Source: Dehalococcoidia bacterium
GTDB taxonomy: Bacteria > Chloroflexota > Dehalococcoidia > Plut-88900
NCBI GenBank assembly: GCA_965197585.1
Contig: OZ240215.1
Span: 64,001-128,000, forward strand
Length of the DNA: 64,000 bases
Direction: 5' to 3'
Below are positions 1-9,896 of the stretch, in pieces. The notes under the pieces are model-generated. The model did not search any database. It was not told the origin of the DNA and saw only the letters and a list, made by a program, of their open reading frames with translations. Numbering within the stretch: position 1 is the first letter of the stretch; each line of letters starts with the position of its first letter. Both the position numbers and the translations under genes were made by a program.

Positions 1-111
1 GCAGAACAATCATACAGGCACGGATTCAATCAGAAACAACCAAAGCCCCCCATGAGACCTTTCGGCAAACCATGCGCCATGAAGTGGGGCAGAGGTGTAT
101 CAAACCCCCTG

Positions 112-120
112 TGCTATAAT
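112..120 (+). promoter_or_regulatory. Extended -10 promoter element (TGcTATAAT)
   Basis: Consensus TGnTATAAT upstream of the first CDS; GGAGG RBS before GTG at 187. Confidence 0.6.
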
Positions 121-186
121 CCTCACGCCTAAAACCACGTTAAATTCCAGGCGCTTTGCCGCCTTCCTCAAGCCTAGGAGGAGCGA

Positions 187-1032
187 GTGTCCAAGTACTT
201 AAACGTTGTCTCTCTGTCCCCCGGAGACGGTAAGTCCTCCCTGATCGCCGCCCTCGCTCACCGATGGCAGGGAATGGGCAAGACGGTCGAATCCGGTTCG
301 GCCCCAGCAGAGACGGATGCCGACATAGTCCTTATTGAAGGAACGACAGGACAATCCGCCGACCCCTCGGTGCTGATCGTCGCCTTCTCCCGAGACTTGG
401 ACCCCGGCTCCGTCAAATCCGCCGCCGAGTCACTGGGCGACTCCCTCGTAGGTGTGATCGTCAACCGGGTTCCGACGCTTGGCAACCGTGTAGCGGAGCG
501 AGAACTGAAGCCCGCCCTCGAAGCGGCTGGCCTCCGGGTCCTGGGCCTCGTTCCCGAAGGCCGAGCCCTGTACGGCATCACCGTCGACGACCTCGTGGCC
601 CGGCTCGAAGGCCGGTACGCCCTCGAGGCAGAGGGTCGGGACCTGCTGGTCGAGCACGTGATGGTCGGGGCAAACCTCCTGGACGCCGAGGACTTCCCCG
701 CAGGCCCCGAATACTTCGGTCAGCGGGACAAGAAGGCGGTTATCGCCAAAGGTGACCGCCCCGACTTCCAGTGGGCCGCCATGAACACACCGACCCAGTG
801 TCTCATCCTGACCGGTGACTTCGAGCCGATTCCCTACGTCCTGGAGCGGGCCAAGGAGCTGCAAGTAACCATCGCCGTCGTCGAGAAGGATACCCTCGAC
901 ACCCTGGACGCCATCGAGGAGATCCTCTCGGGACCCGGGCTGGACGGTGATGCCAAGCTCCAGCAGTTCACCGCTCTCGTCGAAAGCTCCATCGACACCG
1001 CAGCCCTGGACCAGGCTCTGGGCGTCGGATAG
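187..1032 (+). CDS. DRTGG-domain / BioD-like N-terminal phosphotransacetylase-family protein (no PTA catalytic domain)
   Basis: P-loop-like GDGKS, 'LIEG', 'GDRPD' DRTGG-like segment, 'CLILTG'. Confidence 0.75.
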   Translation: MSKYLNVVSLSPGDGKSSLIAALAHRWQGMGKTVESGSAPAETDADIVLIEGTTGQSADPSVLIVAFSRDLDPGSVKSAAESLGDSLVGVIVNRVPTLGNRVAERELKPALEAAGLRVLGLVPEGRALYGITVDDLVARLEGRYALEAEGRDLLVEHVMVGANLLDAEDFPAGPEYFGQRDKKAVIAKGDRPDFQWAAMNTPTQCLILTGDFEPIPYVLERAKELQVTIAVVEKDTLDTLDAIEEILSGPGLDGDAKLQQFTALVESSIDTAALDQALGVG

Positions 1033-1041
1033 CCTCCACGG

Positions 1042-1070
1042 TTGTCAGAACCCGCCGCGATTTATATAAT
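1042..1070 (+). promoter_or_regulatory. Sigma70-type promoter for speD-speE
   Basis: TTGTCA-N17-TATAAT. Confidence 0.7.
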
Positions 1071-1111
1071 TCGTGGTCTGCGCGAGCAAATCCAAAATGG
1101 GGGGCGGGTGA

Positions 1112-1486
1112 TTGAATGTCCTGGGTAACCACTTACTGCTGGAGTTGAAGAATTGTGACAGCGTCCTCCTGGACGATCTGTCTTTCGTAAGAGAAGCCCT
1201 TATGTCCGCGGCGCAGGAGATGGGGGCCCGAATCCTCGGAGAGTCCTTCCACAAGTTCCATCCCCAGGGCGTGACCGGCGTTGTGCCCATCTCCGAGTCC
1301 CACCTTTGCGTTCACACCTGGCCCGAGCACCGATACGCCGCCGTAGATGTTTTCACCTGCGGCCAGAGTTTCGACCCCAACAGGGTCGCCGAGCTTCTGA
1401 TAGAGAAGTTCAGGTGCGAAGACCCGTCCCTGATGGTAGTCAAGAGGGGCATCCTTACCCGCAGCCCCGTATCTGTCGGCTCCTAG
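1112..1486 (+). CDS. speD: S-adenosylmethionine decarboxylase proenzyme (SpeD/SpeH type)
   Basis: HKF.PQGVTG, ISESH self-cleavage site, HTWPE, DVFTCG. Confidence 0.93.
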   Translation: MNVLGNHLLLELKNCDSVLLDDLSFVREALMSAAQEMGARILGESFHKFHPQGVTGVVPISESHLCVHTWPEHRYAAVDVFTCGQSFDPNRVAELLIEKFRCEDPSLMVVKRGILTRSPVSVGS

Positions 1487-1519
1487 CCGCGTTGACTTCA
1501 GGCTAAGGCGGACGTAATC

Positions 1520-2434
1520 ATGACCCGGGACCCCAGCACCTGGTTCAGGGAGTCGGTCTCCGAGAACCTCTACCAGGAATGCAAAATCTCCGGTGTGGTC
1601 TACTCGGGGCAGAGCGGGTACCAGACCATCGAGATAGTCGACACCCTTGCCTTTGGTCGCGTCCTGGTCCTCGACGGCAAGACCCAGTCCGCCGAGTCGG
1701 ACGAGTTCATTTACCACGAGATGCTCGTCCATCCTGCCATAGTCACACACCCGGCCCCCGAGCGTGTGTTCATCGCCGGCGGCGGCGAAGGCGCCACCCT
1801 CAGGGAAGTCCTGTATCACAAGAGCGTTAAGCAAGCCGTAATGGTCGATATCGACCGTGACGTAATTGAAGCATCTCGCCGCTATCTCCCCGCCTGGCAC
1901 GACGGCGCATTCGATGATCCGCGCACTACCCTCCTCCACCAGGACGCAAAGGACTACCTGGAAAATACCGACGACACGTTCGACGTTATCTTCATCGATC
2001 TCTCCGACCCCGTGGAAGGCAACCCGTCCGCTCTTCTCTTCACCGAGCGCTTCTATAAGGTGGTGCGGGACAGACTGGCTCCCGGTGGCATCATGGCAAT
2101 CCAGGCCGAGACCGTAGACTTTCGCCGGAGCGCAGCATTCACGGCCATCTGCCACACATTGTCCGAGGTATTCGACAAGGTGGTGCCCTACCACGCCGTC
2201 GTACCGAGCTTCAGCGGCGATTGGGGCTTCGCCACCGCCAGCTCTGGCCTCGACCCCTCAACTCTCTCAATAGCCGACGTGGACTCTGCTATTGCCACCC
2301 GCATTTCCAAACCCTGCCGCGCCTACGATGGCCTCACGCACCAGGGCCTCTTCCTCCTCCCCCGCCTCCTCCGCGAAGAACTCGCCGCCGAGACTCACAT
2401 CCTCACCGAAGACAACCTATTGGTCGTGCCCTAG
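1520..2434 (+). CDS. speE: Polyamine aminopropyltransferase
   Basis: LDGKTQSAESDEFIYHEMLVHP, GGGEGATLRE, DLSDP. Confidence 0.93.
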   Translation: MTRDPSTWFRESVSENLYQECKISGVVYSGQSGYQTIEIVDTLAFGRVLVLDGKTQSAESDEFIYHEMLVHPAIVTHPAPERVFIAGGGEGATLREVLYHKSVKQAVMVDIDRDVIEASRRYLPAWHDGAFDDPRTTLLHQDAKDYLENTDDTFDVIFIDLSDPVEGNPSALLFTERFYKVVRDRLAPGGIMAIQAETVDFRRSAAFTAICHTLSEVFDKVVPYHAVVPSFSGDWGFATASSGLDPSTLSIADVDSAIATRISKPCRAYDGLTHQGLFLLPRLLREELAAETHILTEDNLLVVP

Positions 2435-2482
2435 CCAAGTCGCCATACAGTCGCTGTCCTAAAGGGGTGGTGGGAGGGTTCA

Positions 2483-2523
2483 GTCCCCTCTTCCTCGATG
2501 GGAGAGGGCTAGGGTGAGGGTGA
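2483..2523. repeat. BoxC-like intergenic palindromic repeat, copy 1
   Basis: CCCCTCT(C/T)CC-N5-GGGAGAGGG-CTAGGGTGAGGGTG; recurs at ~36431, 44972, 46168, 48473, 53105, 58459. Confidence 0.8.
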
Positions 2524-2575
2524 AAGTGATCCCACAATCACGCAGGGAGGATGTCCTGCTCACGGTAGGCTCCCC

Positions 2576-3358
2576 CTAGATCCCCACCCCAAAATACCGC
2601 TCGCTCCTCGCCCGTATGTACCTCTCACTTAAATGATTGAGAGCGCGCCGAGCCAGCGTGAAGTTCTCCGATAGCGTAGCCATCACATCCCCGAGTTCCG
2701 GCACGTCTAACTCCCTGGCGGCGAGACCGTAGAAGGTGCTGCCCTCCCGTTCGTAATCGGCGAGGGTTCGCCGATGGGCGAAGCGCCGACGCCGCGGGCT
2801 TCGGATGGCTTGGTGAGGATATACCCCGGTCATGAACAGCGCTATGTCCGCAATGCGGCGGTAGTAGTCGGGGCGCTCTGCGGGGTCGGCGTGGCGGGCG
2901 GCGTATATCATGTCGTCCATGTCCATGCTGCTGAAGCGGCGTTTTCTCAGCCGACCACGCTCCAGGGAGTAGACCACGGTGGACTGGGTCTTGGAGAAGG
3001 AAGACATCATGTCCGCGAGATAGTCTCGAGGCGGCTCCTCGTCGAGAAGATCGGCCACTTTGGAAGACTCGAATACGGGTATGACCTCGCCCCGATCGCC
3101 TATCTCGTTGATGTAGGGCTGGTTGTCCAGGTCCCGACGCGTCTGGCGTAGCAGTATTGTGAACAACAGCCGGGGCGAAATATGCACGACCGCCTCCTCG
3201 TCGTCCAGCACCCTCTCAACGAGGCGCGCATCCCCGATCATGGCGTCCAGGATGTCGGGCTTATCGCGTACGGATTCAGATACCCTGGCACGGTCTCGCA
3301 TGTCCGGGTAGAGGGTCTCGACGATGAATTTTAGATCGGCGTCTGAGAGTATGAACAT
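2576..3358 (-). CDS. Hypothetical protein
   Basis: 260-aa ORF with natural composition, immediately downstream of tRNA-Gly. Confidence 0.75.
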   Translation of the reverse strand: MFILSDADLKFIVETLYPDMRDRARVSESVRDKPDILDAMIGDARLVERVLDDEEAVVHISPRLLFTILLRQTRRDLDNQPYINEIGDRGEVIPVFESSKVADLLDEEPPRDYLADMMSSFSKTQSTVVYSLERGRLRKRRFSSMDMDDMIYAARHADPAERPDYYRRIADIALFMTGVYPHQAIRSPRRRRFAHRRTLADYEREGSTFYGLAARELDVPELGDVMATLSENFTLARRALNHLSERYIRARSERYFGVGI

Positions 3359-3370
3359 GGGGGTGGGGGG

Positions 3371-3445
3371 TGGAGCGGGCGAAGGGATTCGAACCCTCGA
3401 CCTCCTGCTTGGGAAGCAGACACTCTACCACTGAGTTACGCCCGC
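3371..3445 (-). tRNA. tRNA-Gly (anticodon CCC)
   Basis: Reverse complement GCGGGCGTAACTCAGTGGTAGAGTGTCTGCTTCCCAAGCAGGAGGTCGAGGGTTCGAATCCCTTCGCCCGCTCCA: cloverleaf, TTCGAA T-loop, encoded CCA. Confidence 0.97.
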
Positions 3446-3499
3446 GCCTGACTTAACTTTACGATGATGGGGCGGAAGGCGTCAAATTGGCCTCTGGTA

Positions 3500-4006
3500 C
3501 TACCGCAACCGCCCGATCGCGTAGAACACCCCCACCCCCAGGAACAGCAGCAGATACACGTCCACCGATATCACATACCGAGCAAAAGTCTGCCCCGATA
3601 GGTCATAGAAGAACGCCGCCTGGATAGCCTTACCGACAAAGCTGCTCGCTATCACACTCACTGCGGCGATAACCTGCAGCCCGAGGCCCCGCTTCCTGTT
3701 CGCAACCCTCGAAATCCCCTCCCCTATCGCCAGCCCCACTACTATCGAGGTGATGATGGAGGCAAACGGCACCCCGCGCAGCAGGGCCCACACGACTCCC
3801 CCGGCCAACGCCAACCCGAGCCCCGCGCCCGCGGCCTTAACGTAGAAGAGGGCGCTAACCTCGTAGATAGGGGAACGGCGGACGTTGGCGCACTCCTTGC
3901 ACCGCGCCCCGACAGGCGTGTGGACCAGACACCTGGGGCATATGGGCTTATCGCACTTGCCGCAGGAAAGAAGTGTCTCCGTATTAGGGTGAGTAGCGCA
4001 CTGCAT
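3500..4006 (-). CDS. B-box-like zinc-finger membrane protein
   Basis: CxxH...CxxC...CxxC...CxxC N-terminus plus ~4 TM helices. Confidence 0.75.
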   Translation of the reverse strand: MQCATHPNTETLLSCGKCDKPICPRCLVHTPVGARCKECANVRRSPIYEVSALFYVKAAGAGLGLALAGGVVWALLRGVPFASIITSIVVGLAIGEGISRVANRKRGLGLQVIAAVSVIASSFVGKAIQAAFFYDLSGQTFARYVISVDVYLLLFLGVGVFYAIGRLR

Positions 4007-4038
4007 GTGAGATTAATGAGCAGGGCCAGGTGTCGAGC

Positions 4039-4482
4039 CTACCCCAAATCGCCGAGAGCAAATGTGAGCTCTCCGGCCGCCACAGTCTTCCCGTCTACCT
4101 CGGCCTTCGCCTTCGCCTTGCCCACCGGCCCCCGCATCCGCTCCAGGGACACCTCCATGCGGAGTACGTCACCGGGCTGTACAGGCTTGCGGAACCGAAA
4201 CGAGTCGATCCCTGCGAAATAGCCAACCTTGCCCCGGTTCTCCTCCAAGCTTAGTAGCGCCACGGACCCGACCTGCGCCAGGGCCTCCACGATGAGGACT
4301 CCGGGCATGATGGGGTAACCGGGAAAGTGGCCCTGGAAGAATGGCTCGTTGATGCTGACGTTCTTCAGTCCCACGGCTCGGGACCCTGGTTCCAGCTCTA
4401 TAATCCGGTCGACCATCAGGAAGGGCCACCGGTGAGGCAGAAGTTCCTGGATCTGTTGGGCCGACAGCACCGTTTCGCTCAT
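4039..4482 (-). CDS. fabZ: 3-hydroxyacyl-ACP dehydratase
   Basis: [36 protein letters not shown]; start set at MSETVL. Confidence 0.95.
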   Translation of the reverse strand: MSETVLSAQQIQELLPHRWPFLMVDRIIELEPGSRAVGLKNVSINEPFFQGHFPGYPIMPGVLIVEALAQVGSVALLSLEENRGKVGYFAGIDSFRFRKPVQPGDVLRMEVSLERMRGPVGKAKAKAEVDGKTVAAGELTFALGDLG

Positions 4483-4483
4483 G

Positions 4484-5317
4484 CTATCCGCCTTTCGAAT
4501 CCCCGATTCCCAAAAGCCTGACAACCGAGGACTCGGGAACGTCCACGTCTCCCAGGTCTACGTCGGGCCCGAGACCCGGCCCGTGGTAGTCGCTGCCACC
4601 GCAGGGGACTAATTCGTGCATGTCGGCTAGGCGTTTGAGTCGTGCGACCTGGTCGGGTGTATACCTGGCGTAGTACACCTCCATCCCGGCGAGCCCGTCG
4701 GCCTTCATGCTAGGTAGCAGGGACTCGACGTTCCGGGTGAAGCTCGGGTGCGCCAGCACCGCCCGCCCCCCGACTGACTGGATCAGCTTGATCGCGTCGG
4801 CGGGAGTTAACTTCACCCTGCCGACGTACGCGGGCCCGTCTCGGCCTATATACATATCAAAGGCTTCTTGCACCGACTTAACGTGACCCCGTTCAACCAT
4901 AGCTTGGGCAACGTGGGGCCTGCCAATCGCTCCGTCTCCCGCGATCTCCTTGACCCTCTCCCAGTCGATCTCCAGCCCAATCTCACTCAGCTTTTTGACC
5001 ATGCTCTCGGCCCGACCCACGCGTCCCTCACGGAATCTCTCCATCTCGCTCTGAAAGGCCGGGGCCTCGTAAGAATCGAGATAGCCCAGTATGTGGACTT
5101 CGCCCTCGGGCACGTCTGCGCTGAGCTCGACGCCCGGGATGATGGTGAGGGATGGGTGCCTCTCAGCGCGTTCGAAGGCGCGGGCGAGGCCGCCAGTTGT
5201 GTCGTGGTCGGTAATGGCCAGGAAGCGGACACCTTTACTAGCGGCGTGGTCGACAAGCTCTTCCGGAGATAGGACGCCGTCGGAGATAGTGGTGTGAGTG
5301 TGGAGGTCTACGTGCAC
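4484..5317 (-). CDS. PHP-domain phosphoesterase (TrpH/YciV-like)
   Basis: DLHTHT..SDG, ITDHD, GRPH, LAHP, GGSDYHG. Confidence 0.9.
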   Translation of the reverse strand: MHVDLHTHTTISDGVLSPEELVDHAASKGVRFLAITDHDTTGGLARAFERAERHPSLTIIPGVELSADVPEGEVHILGYLDSYEAPAFQSEMERFREGRVGRAESMVKKLSEIGLEIDWERVKEIAGDGAIGRPHVAQAMVERGHVKSVQEAFDMYIGRDGPAYVGRVKLTPADAIKLIQSVGGRAVLAHPSFTRNVESLLPSMKADGLAGMEVYYARYTPDQVARLKRLADMHELVPCGGSDYHGPGLGPDVDLGDVDVPESSVVRLLGIGDSKGG

Positions 5318-5320
5318 GGG

Positions 5321-6088
5321 TCAGTCCAGAAACCTGTCTACGCGTTGTATGGCCGTGGCCTTCCCGGTGGAGGCGTCGATATCGATTAGCGCCGAGCTGA
5401 AGCGCACAGGGCCCTTGGCCACCGACATTCGGTGGTTCATCTGGGTAAGGAAGCGCTCGATAATTGGCTCGGGATCATCGCCGATAATGGACTGCGACGG
5501 GCCGACCATGCCGAGGTCGGTGACGTAGGCCGTTCCCCCGGGTAGTACCATGGTGTCGATGGTGCCGACGTGGGTGTGAGTCCCAACTACGGCGCTGACC
5601 CGGCCGTTCAAGTACCAGCCCATAGCGCCCTTTTCGGAAGTGGCCTCGCCGTGGAAGTCGACCAAAGTGACCCGGGGCCGGTCTCGAGTGCCTTTCAGCA
5701 GACCGTCCATGGCCCTGAATGGACAATCATAGTCCTTCATGAACACGCGCCCGATGATATTGACTACCAGGACGTCCTGGAAAATGAGGTAGCCGCGGCC
5801 CGGCAGGCCGGGTGGGAAGTTGAGGGGCCGCAGGACGGGAGCCTCCGAGTCCAGATACTCAATGATCTCCTGCTGGTCCCAGACGTGGTTCCCGGTGGTG
5901 ATCACGTCCACTCCCGCATCCAGAAGCTCATCCGATGTGCTGGGAGTAAGCCCGAATCCCCCGGCACTGTTCTCGGCGTTGGCGACAACCAGGTCAACCC
6001 CGAACTCGTTTTTGATGCCCGGAAGAAGGGTGCGCACGGCGCGCCTGCCCGGCTTGCCGACTATGTCGCCGATCATCAGTACTCGCAC
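5321..6088 (-). CDS. ymdB: YmdB-like metallophosphoesterase
   Basis: GDIVG, NAEN, TGNH, DFHGEATSEK, GTHTHV; directly downstream of rny. Confidence 0.9.
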   Translation of the reverse strand: MRVLMIGDIVGKPGRRAVRTLLPGIKNEFGVDLVVANAENSAGGFGLTPSTSDELLDAGVDVITTGNHVWDQQEIIEYLDSEAPVLRPLNFPPGLPGRGYLIFQDVLVVNIIGRVFMKDYDCPFRAMDGLLKGTRDRPRVTLVDFHGEATSEKGAMGWYLNGRVSAVVGTHTHVGTIDTMVLPGGTAYVTDLGMVGPSQSIIGDDPEPIIERFLTQMNHRMSVAKGPVRFSSALIDIDASTGKATAIQRVDRFLD

Positions 6089-6192
6089 TTAGGCGCTCCC
6101 ACAATCGTCCGTGACCGAACGTCCGGCAAGGTTATGCGCCCAAGTTTCCGAGCTGGGCCGGGAAGAGAGATGGGTACGTGCGGTAATGGAAA

Positions 6193-7719
6193 TCAGCGCG
6201 CGGTCCCCAGGGCCCTGGTCTCCCGGATGATGGTTACCTTGATCTCGCCGGGATAGACCAGCTCAGCCTCGATCTTCTTCGAGACCTCTCGGGCCAGCCG
6301 GGATGCCCCGATGTCGTCGATAATTTCGGGCTTGACCATGATGCGGATCTCACGGCCTGCCTGAATGGCGAAGGACTTCTGCACACCGTTGAAGCTGTTT
6401 GCCACCTCTTCAAGGGCGCGAAGGCGTTTGATGTAGTGCTCTACGCTATCGCGCCGGGCCCCGGGCCTGGCGCCACTTATGGCGTCGGCTGCAGCGACTA
6501 TGAAAGCCTCGACGTTGACCCGGTCCTCTTCGTGGTGCTCCTCGACGGCCTTAACAACCTCGGCGCGGATGTGGTACTTGCGAGCAATGTCCGCCCCGAT
6601 CTCGGCGTGGCCGCCCTGCACCTCGTGAGTCAGGGCCTTGCCGATGTCATGGAGGAGACCGGCCTTCTTGGCGATGTCCACGTTGGCGCCGATCTCGGCG
6701 GCTATCATACCCGCCAGATGGGCCACTTCCACAGAGTGTTTCAGGATGTTGTGGCCGTAGCTGTACCTGAACTTGAGCTGGCCGACCAGCTTGACGAGAT
6801 CCGGGTGGAAGCCGGTGATGCCCAGCTCGTACAGGGCTTCCTTGCCTGAGGTCCTCATGCCTTCTTCGACCTCTGCCTGGGTCTTCTGGACTATGTCCTC
6901 GATCCGGGCGGGGTGAATTCGGCCGTCGCCGACAAGCTTGGTCACGGCGACCTTTGCAACCTCGCGGCGCACGGGATCGAATGTGGAGACGGTGACGGCC
7001 TCGGGGGTGTCGTCGATTATGAGGTCGACGCCCGTGGCCCTTTCGAGGGCCCTGATGTTGCGGCCCTCACGCCCGATTAGCCTCCCCTTCATGTCATCGC
7101 TGGGGAGAGGTATGACGGCGGATGTAGTCTCGGAAACTACGTCGGAGGTCAGGCGTTGAATGGAAAGTGCGATGGCCTTGCGGGCCTTCATGTCCGCATC
7201 TTCCTTCATCCGAAGCTCAAGCTCGTATGTGCGGCGGTCAATCTCGCCTTGCGCGGCTTCTATGGCCTCACCAATGACCTTGTCGCGGGCCTCCTCTACG
7301 GTGAGGCTGGAGATGGTCTCCAGCTTCTGGAGCTGGAGCTCCTTCAGTTCTTCTGCTTCGGCTACCTTTCGCTCTAACGCCTCCTCTTTGTCACTAAGGT
7401 TCTGGAGCCTGCGGTCAACGGATTCCACCTTGCGGTCGAGAGTTTCCTCTTTTTGGGTTAAGCGTTTTTCCTGACGTCTGACTTCGTTTCTTCTTTCTTT
7501 GTACTCGTTCTCTGCCGACCTGCGAATCTGGAGCACTTCCTCTCTAGCTTCGAGAAGTAGCGCCTTCTGCTTGCCTTCGGCTTCAGTAAGAAGAGCTGCC
7601 GCTTGTGCCTCTGCCTGTCTCTTTTGCTTGGCCAGTATCAAGTGACGAGAGAAGAAACCTATTAACCCACCTAGAAGAATGCCCCCAACGGCGCACAAGA
7701 TGGCTACTAGAATAGCCAT
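6193..7719 (-). CDS. rny: Ribonuclease Y
   Basis: N-terminal TM, coiled coil, KH domain (KGRLIGREGRNIR), HD domain (LLHDIGK). Confidence 0.97.
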   Translation of the reverse strand: MAILVAILCAVGGILLGGLIGFFSRHLILAKQKRQAEAQAAALLTEAEGKQKALLLEAREEVLQIRRSAENEYKERRNEVRRQEKRLTQKEETLDRKVESVDRRLQNLSDKEEALERKVAEAEELKELQLQKLETISSLTVEEARDKVIGEAIEAAQGEIDRRTYELELRMKEDADMKARKAIALSIQRLTSDVVSETTSAVIPLPSDDMKGRLIGREGRNIRALERATGVDLIIDDTPEAVTVSTFDPVRREVAKVAVTKLVGDGRIHPARIEDIVQKTQAEVEEGMRTSGKEALYELGITGFHPDLVKLVGQLKFRYSYGHNILKHSVEVAHLAGMIAAEIGANVDIAKKAGLLHDIGKALTHEVQGGHAEIGADIARKYHIRAEVVKAVEEHHEEDRVNVEAFIVAAADAISGARPGARRDSVEHYIKRLRALEEVANSFNGVQKSFAIQAGREIRIMVKPEIIDDIGASRLAREVSKKIEAELVYPGEIKVTIIRETRALGTAR

Positions 7720-7787
7720 CCGTACCTCACTTTCATTGTGCTTATGTGTTAAGTGCCCTTAAGAAATGGGGGGCCATTTAACAATTT

Positions 7788-7816
7788 ATGATAGGGAGTC
7801 GGCGCGATGGTGTCAA
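7788..7816 (-). promoter_or_regulatory. Sigma70-type promoter for rny operon
   Basis: TTGACA-N17-TATCAT on minus strand. Confidence 0.75.
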
Positions 7817-7926
7817 GAAAAAGCAGGTTCATGGGACGGCACCCCACCCCACCCACTCCCCCACAAGGGCACGGCATCGAGGTGGTATTAAACGGGTGTC
7901 TAAATTCTGTTTTGGGCTCGAAAGCC

Positions 7927-9168
7927 CTACCCGCAGACGTCCAGCGCGATGAGAGCCATCACCTTGGCGCAGGTCTCCATCTCGCTGATGGAGGTCCAGA
8001 AGTTGTCCTCTCCCTCGGCGGAGTTGAACCCGCCTGAAGGACCGTATTCCAGGCAGGGGATCCCAGCTTTCCAAAGCCATGTGACGTCGCCCGCGGAGTA
8101 AGAGAAGGGATATATGGGGCCCACGGCCTGAGGCGGCGTCCCAGTCACGGTCTCGTGGCTCCGGGTCACGATATCGACGATCTCCTGACCGTCGGGCAGG
8201 TCGAAGGGCTCCATCACGAGCCTCCGCCGTCCCTCGAAAGAGGCGGGCGGTGGCACTTCTATCTCGTATCTCAGTTCCGAGTCTTGCGCGGCCAGGGGGT
8301 CGAGGACGTTGCGGATGTCGGCGATTATCGTGTCCAGGGTCTGGCCTGGGACAAAGTGGACGTCGATGAGAATCGTGCAGAGGTCGGGGACGTAGGGGGG
8401 CTCTATCAGGACGTAGCTCTCACCCCGCCCCCCGATAATGCTCCCCACGTTGATGCGGGGCATTGCCGGCAGCTTCGCGCTCGGGGTGTGGGTGAACTTC
8501 ATGCTCTCCAGCACGTTGATGACCTTGGTCATCTTGCTAACTGCGTTAATCGTATGTTCCTGGACGCTTATGTGGCCCGTGACGCCGTAGGTGTGAATGG
8601 CTAGGTGGGCGATGCCCGCGTGTACCGTGGCTATGTTGCCGACCCCCGTCGGCTCCGGGGAAACGGCCACGTCCGTTCTCAGGCCGCTTTCCATAAGAAA
8701 GTTGGTGCCCTCGCCGCCTTGCGTCTCCCCGACCACGCAGGCAAGTACCAGGTCGCCTCTAAGCTCTACGGACGAGAGTCGCACCGCCTCGGCAGCGGCG
8801 ATCATGCTGGCGAGACCGCCCTTCATGTTCTCGACGCCCTGCCCGTATAACCGGTCTCCCTCAACGATGGGGACCGTCGGGTCCCGTTTCGCGCCTCGGC
8901 GCAGGGAGTTGATGTCGGTGTGGCCGTTGAGCATCAGGCTCTTGCCGCCGCCGCTGCCCTTGAGCGTGGCGATGGCCTGGAGCCGACCCGGCTCAACCTC
9001 CTGAAGCTCGACCTCGTAGCCCCTTTCCCGGAAGTAGTCGTCGAGGAAGCGGGCTACGGGAGTTTCGTTGGGCTTGAAGCTGGGTATGCTGATCAGCCGC
9101 TTGGCCAGGTCGAGCATCGCGGCCCGGTCAACGTGAGCGAGGACTTGGTCCTTCTGAGTATCGTCCAC
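7927..9168 (-). CDS. M20/ArgE-DapE family metallo-amidohydrolase homolog (metal ligands partly altered)
   Basis: LNGHTD, RLYGQGVENMKGG, VVGETQGG. Confidence 0.85.
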   Translation of the reverse strand: MDDTQKDQVLAHVDRAAMLDLAKRLISIPSFKPNETPVARFLDDYFRERGYEVELQEVEPGRLQAIATLKGSGGGKSLMLNGHTDINSLRRGAKRDPTVPIVEGDRLYGQGVENMKGGLASMIAAAEAVRLSSVELRGDLVLACVVGETQGGEGTNFLMESGLRTDVAVSPEPTGVGNIATVHAGIAHLAIHTYGVTGHISVQEHTINAVSKMTKVINVLESMKFTHTPSAKLPAMPRINVGSIIGGRGESYVLIEPPYVPDLCTILIDVHFVPGQTLDTIIADIRNVLDPLAAQDSELRYEIEVPPPASFEGRRRLVMEPFDLPDGQEIVDIVTRSHETVTGTPPQAVGPIYPFSYSAGDVTWLWKAGIPCLEYGPSGGFNSAEGEDNFWTSISEMETCAKVMALIALDVCG

Positions 9169-9190
9169 GGGAGAATGCCTCCTCTAAGGC

Positions 9191-9862
9191 CTAGGGCCCC
9201 GTGAGGTGAGGGGCGGCGACGTCGGGGTTGATGGCCCTGTCCATGAAATCGTTCATCTGCGGTTCATAAAGTCCCCAGAGCCGACGCAGTTCCGTAATGG
9301 GCGCATCATGCCAGTCGACCCTGAGGTCGATGATGGGGAACGGGTACCTATCATGTACGACGAGGGCCGCTGAGTGCTCGTTCTTACCCACCTCTCCACC
9401 CGCGGCCTTGCCGGCCTCCAACGCCCTCACCAGCCGTTCCGCCAGGTGGAGGTCCGGATCGGCCTCAAATCCCTGCCCGATGGCAACCGCGACAGCCTCC
9501 GAGAAAAGCAGGTTCCCGACTGCAACCACGCCGTCCCCCAGGTATTCGTTGTTCTCCATATAGACTTGACTTCCCGTGTGAGCCGCCGTGCCCCCGACGA
9601 TGTCCACAACACCGATCTGCCGGTACTGGGGATAGGCTCCAGCCTTGACCAGCTCGTCCACAACGGCTTTGGCCGAGTAGCCTCGGCGGAGCAGGTCCAG
9701 ACCCAGCTTGCCGAGCCGCGGGTCGGTGAGGTTCTGCGAGGCCACCGCCCCAACTCCCGTCTCAACCCAGACACAGCGTGCCCCGACACAGATGCTGCTG
9801 GTGGATACGGCCATCCCGACCATACCGGTCCTCTTGCAGTGTCCAACCAATGAGAAAGTCAT
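9191..9862 (-). CDS. DUF1028 family protein
   Basis: MTFSLVG start, GAVASQ, RQIGVVD, GNLL, AGGE..SAAL, DLRVDWH. Confidence 0.88.
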   Translation of the reverse strand: MTFSLVGHCKRTGMVGMAVSTSSICVGARCVWVETGVGAVASQNLTDPRLGKLGLDLLRRGYSAKAVVDELVKAGAYPQYRQIGVVDIVGGTAAHTGSQVYMENNEYLGDGVVAVGNLLFSEAVAVAIGQGFEADPDLHLAERLVRALEAGKAAGGEVGKNEHSAALVVHDRYPFPIIDLRVDWHDAPITELRRLWGLYEPQMNDFMDRAINPDVAAPHLTGP

Positions 9863-9896
9863 CGTATTCTCCTTTTGTCGCTGTAAGGGTCCGGGC

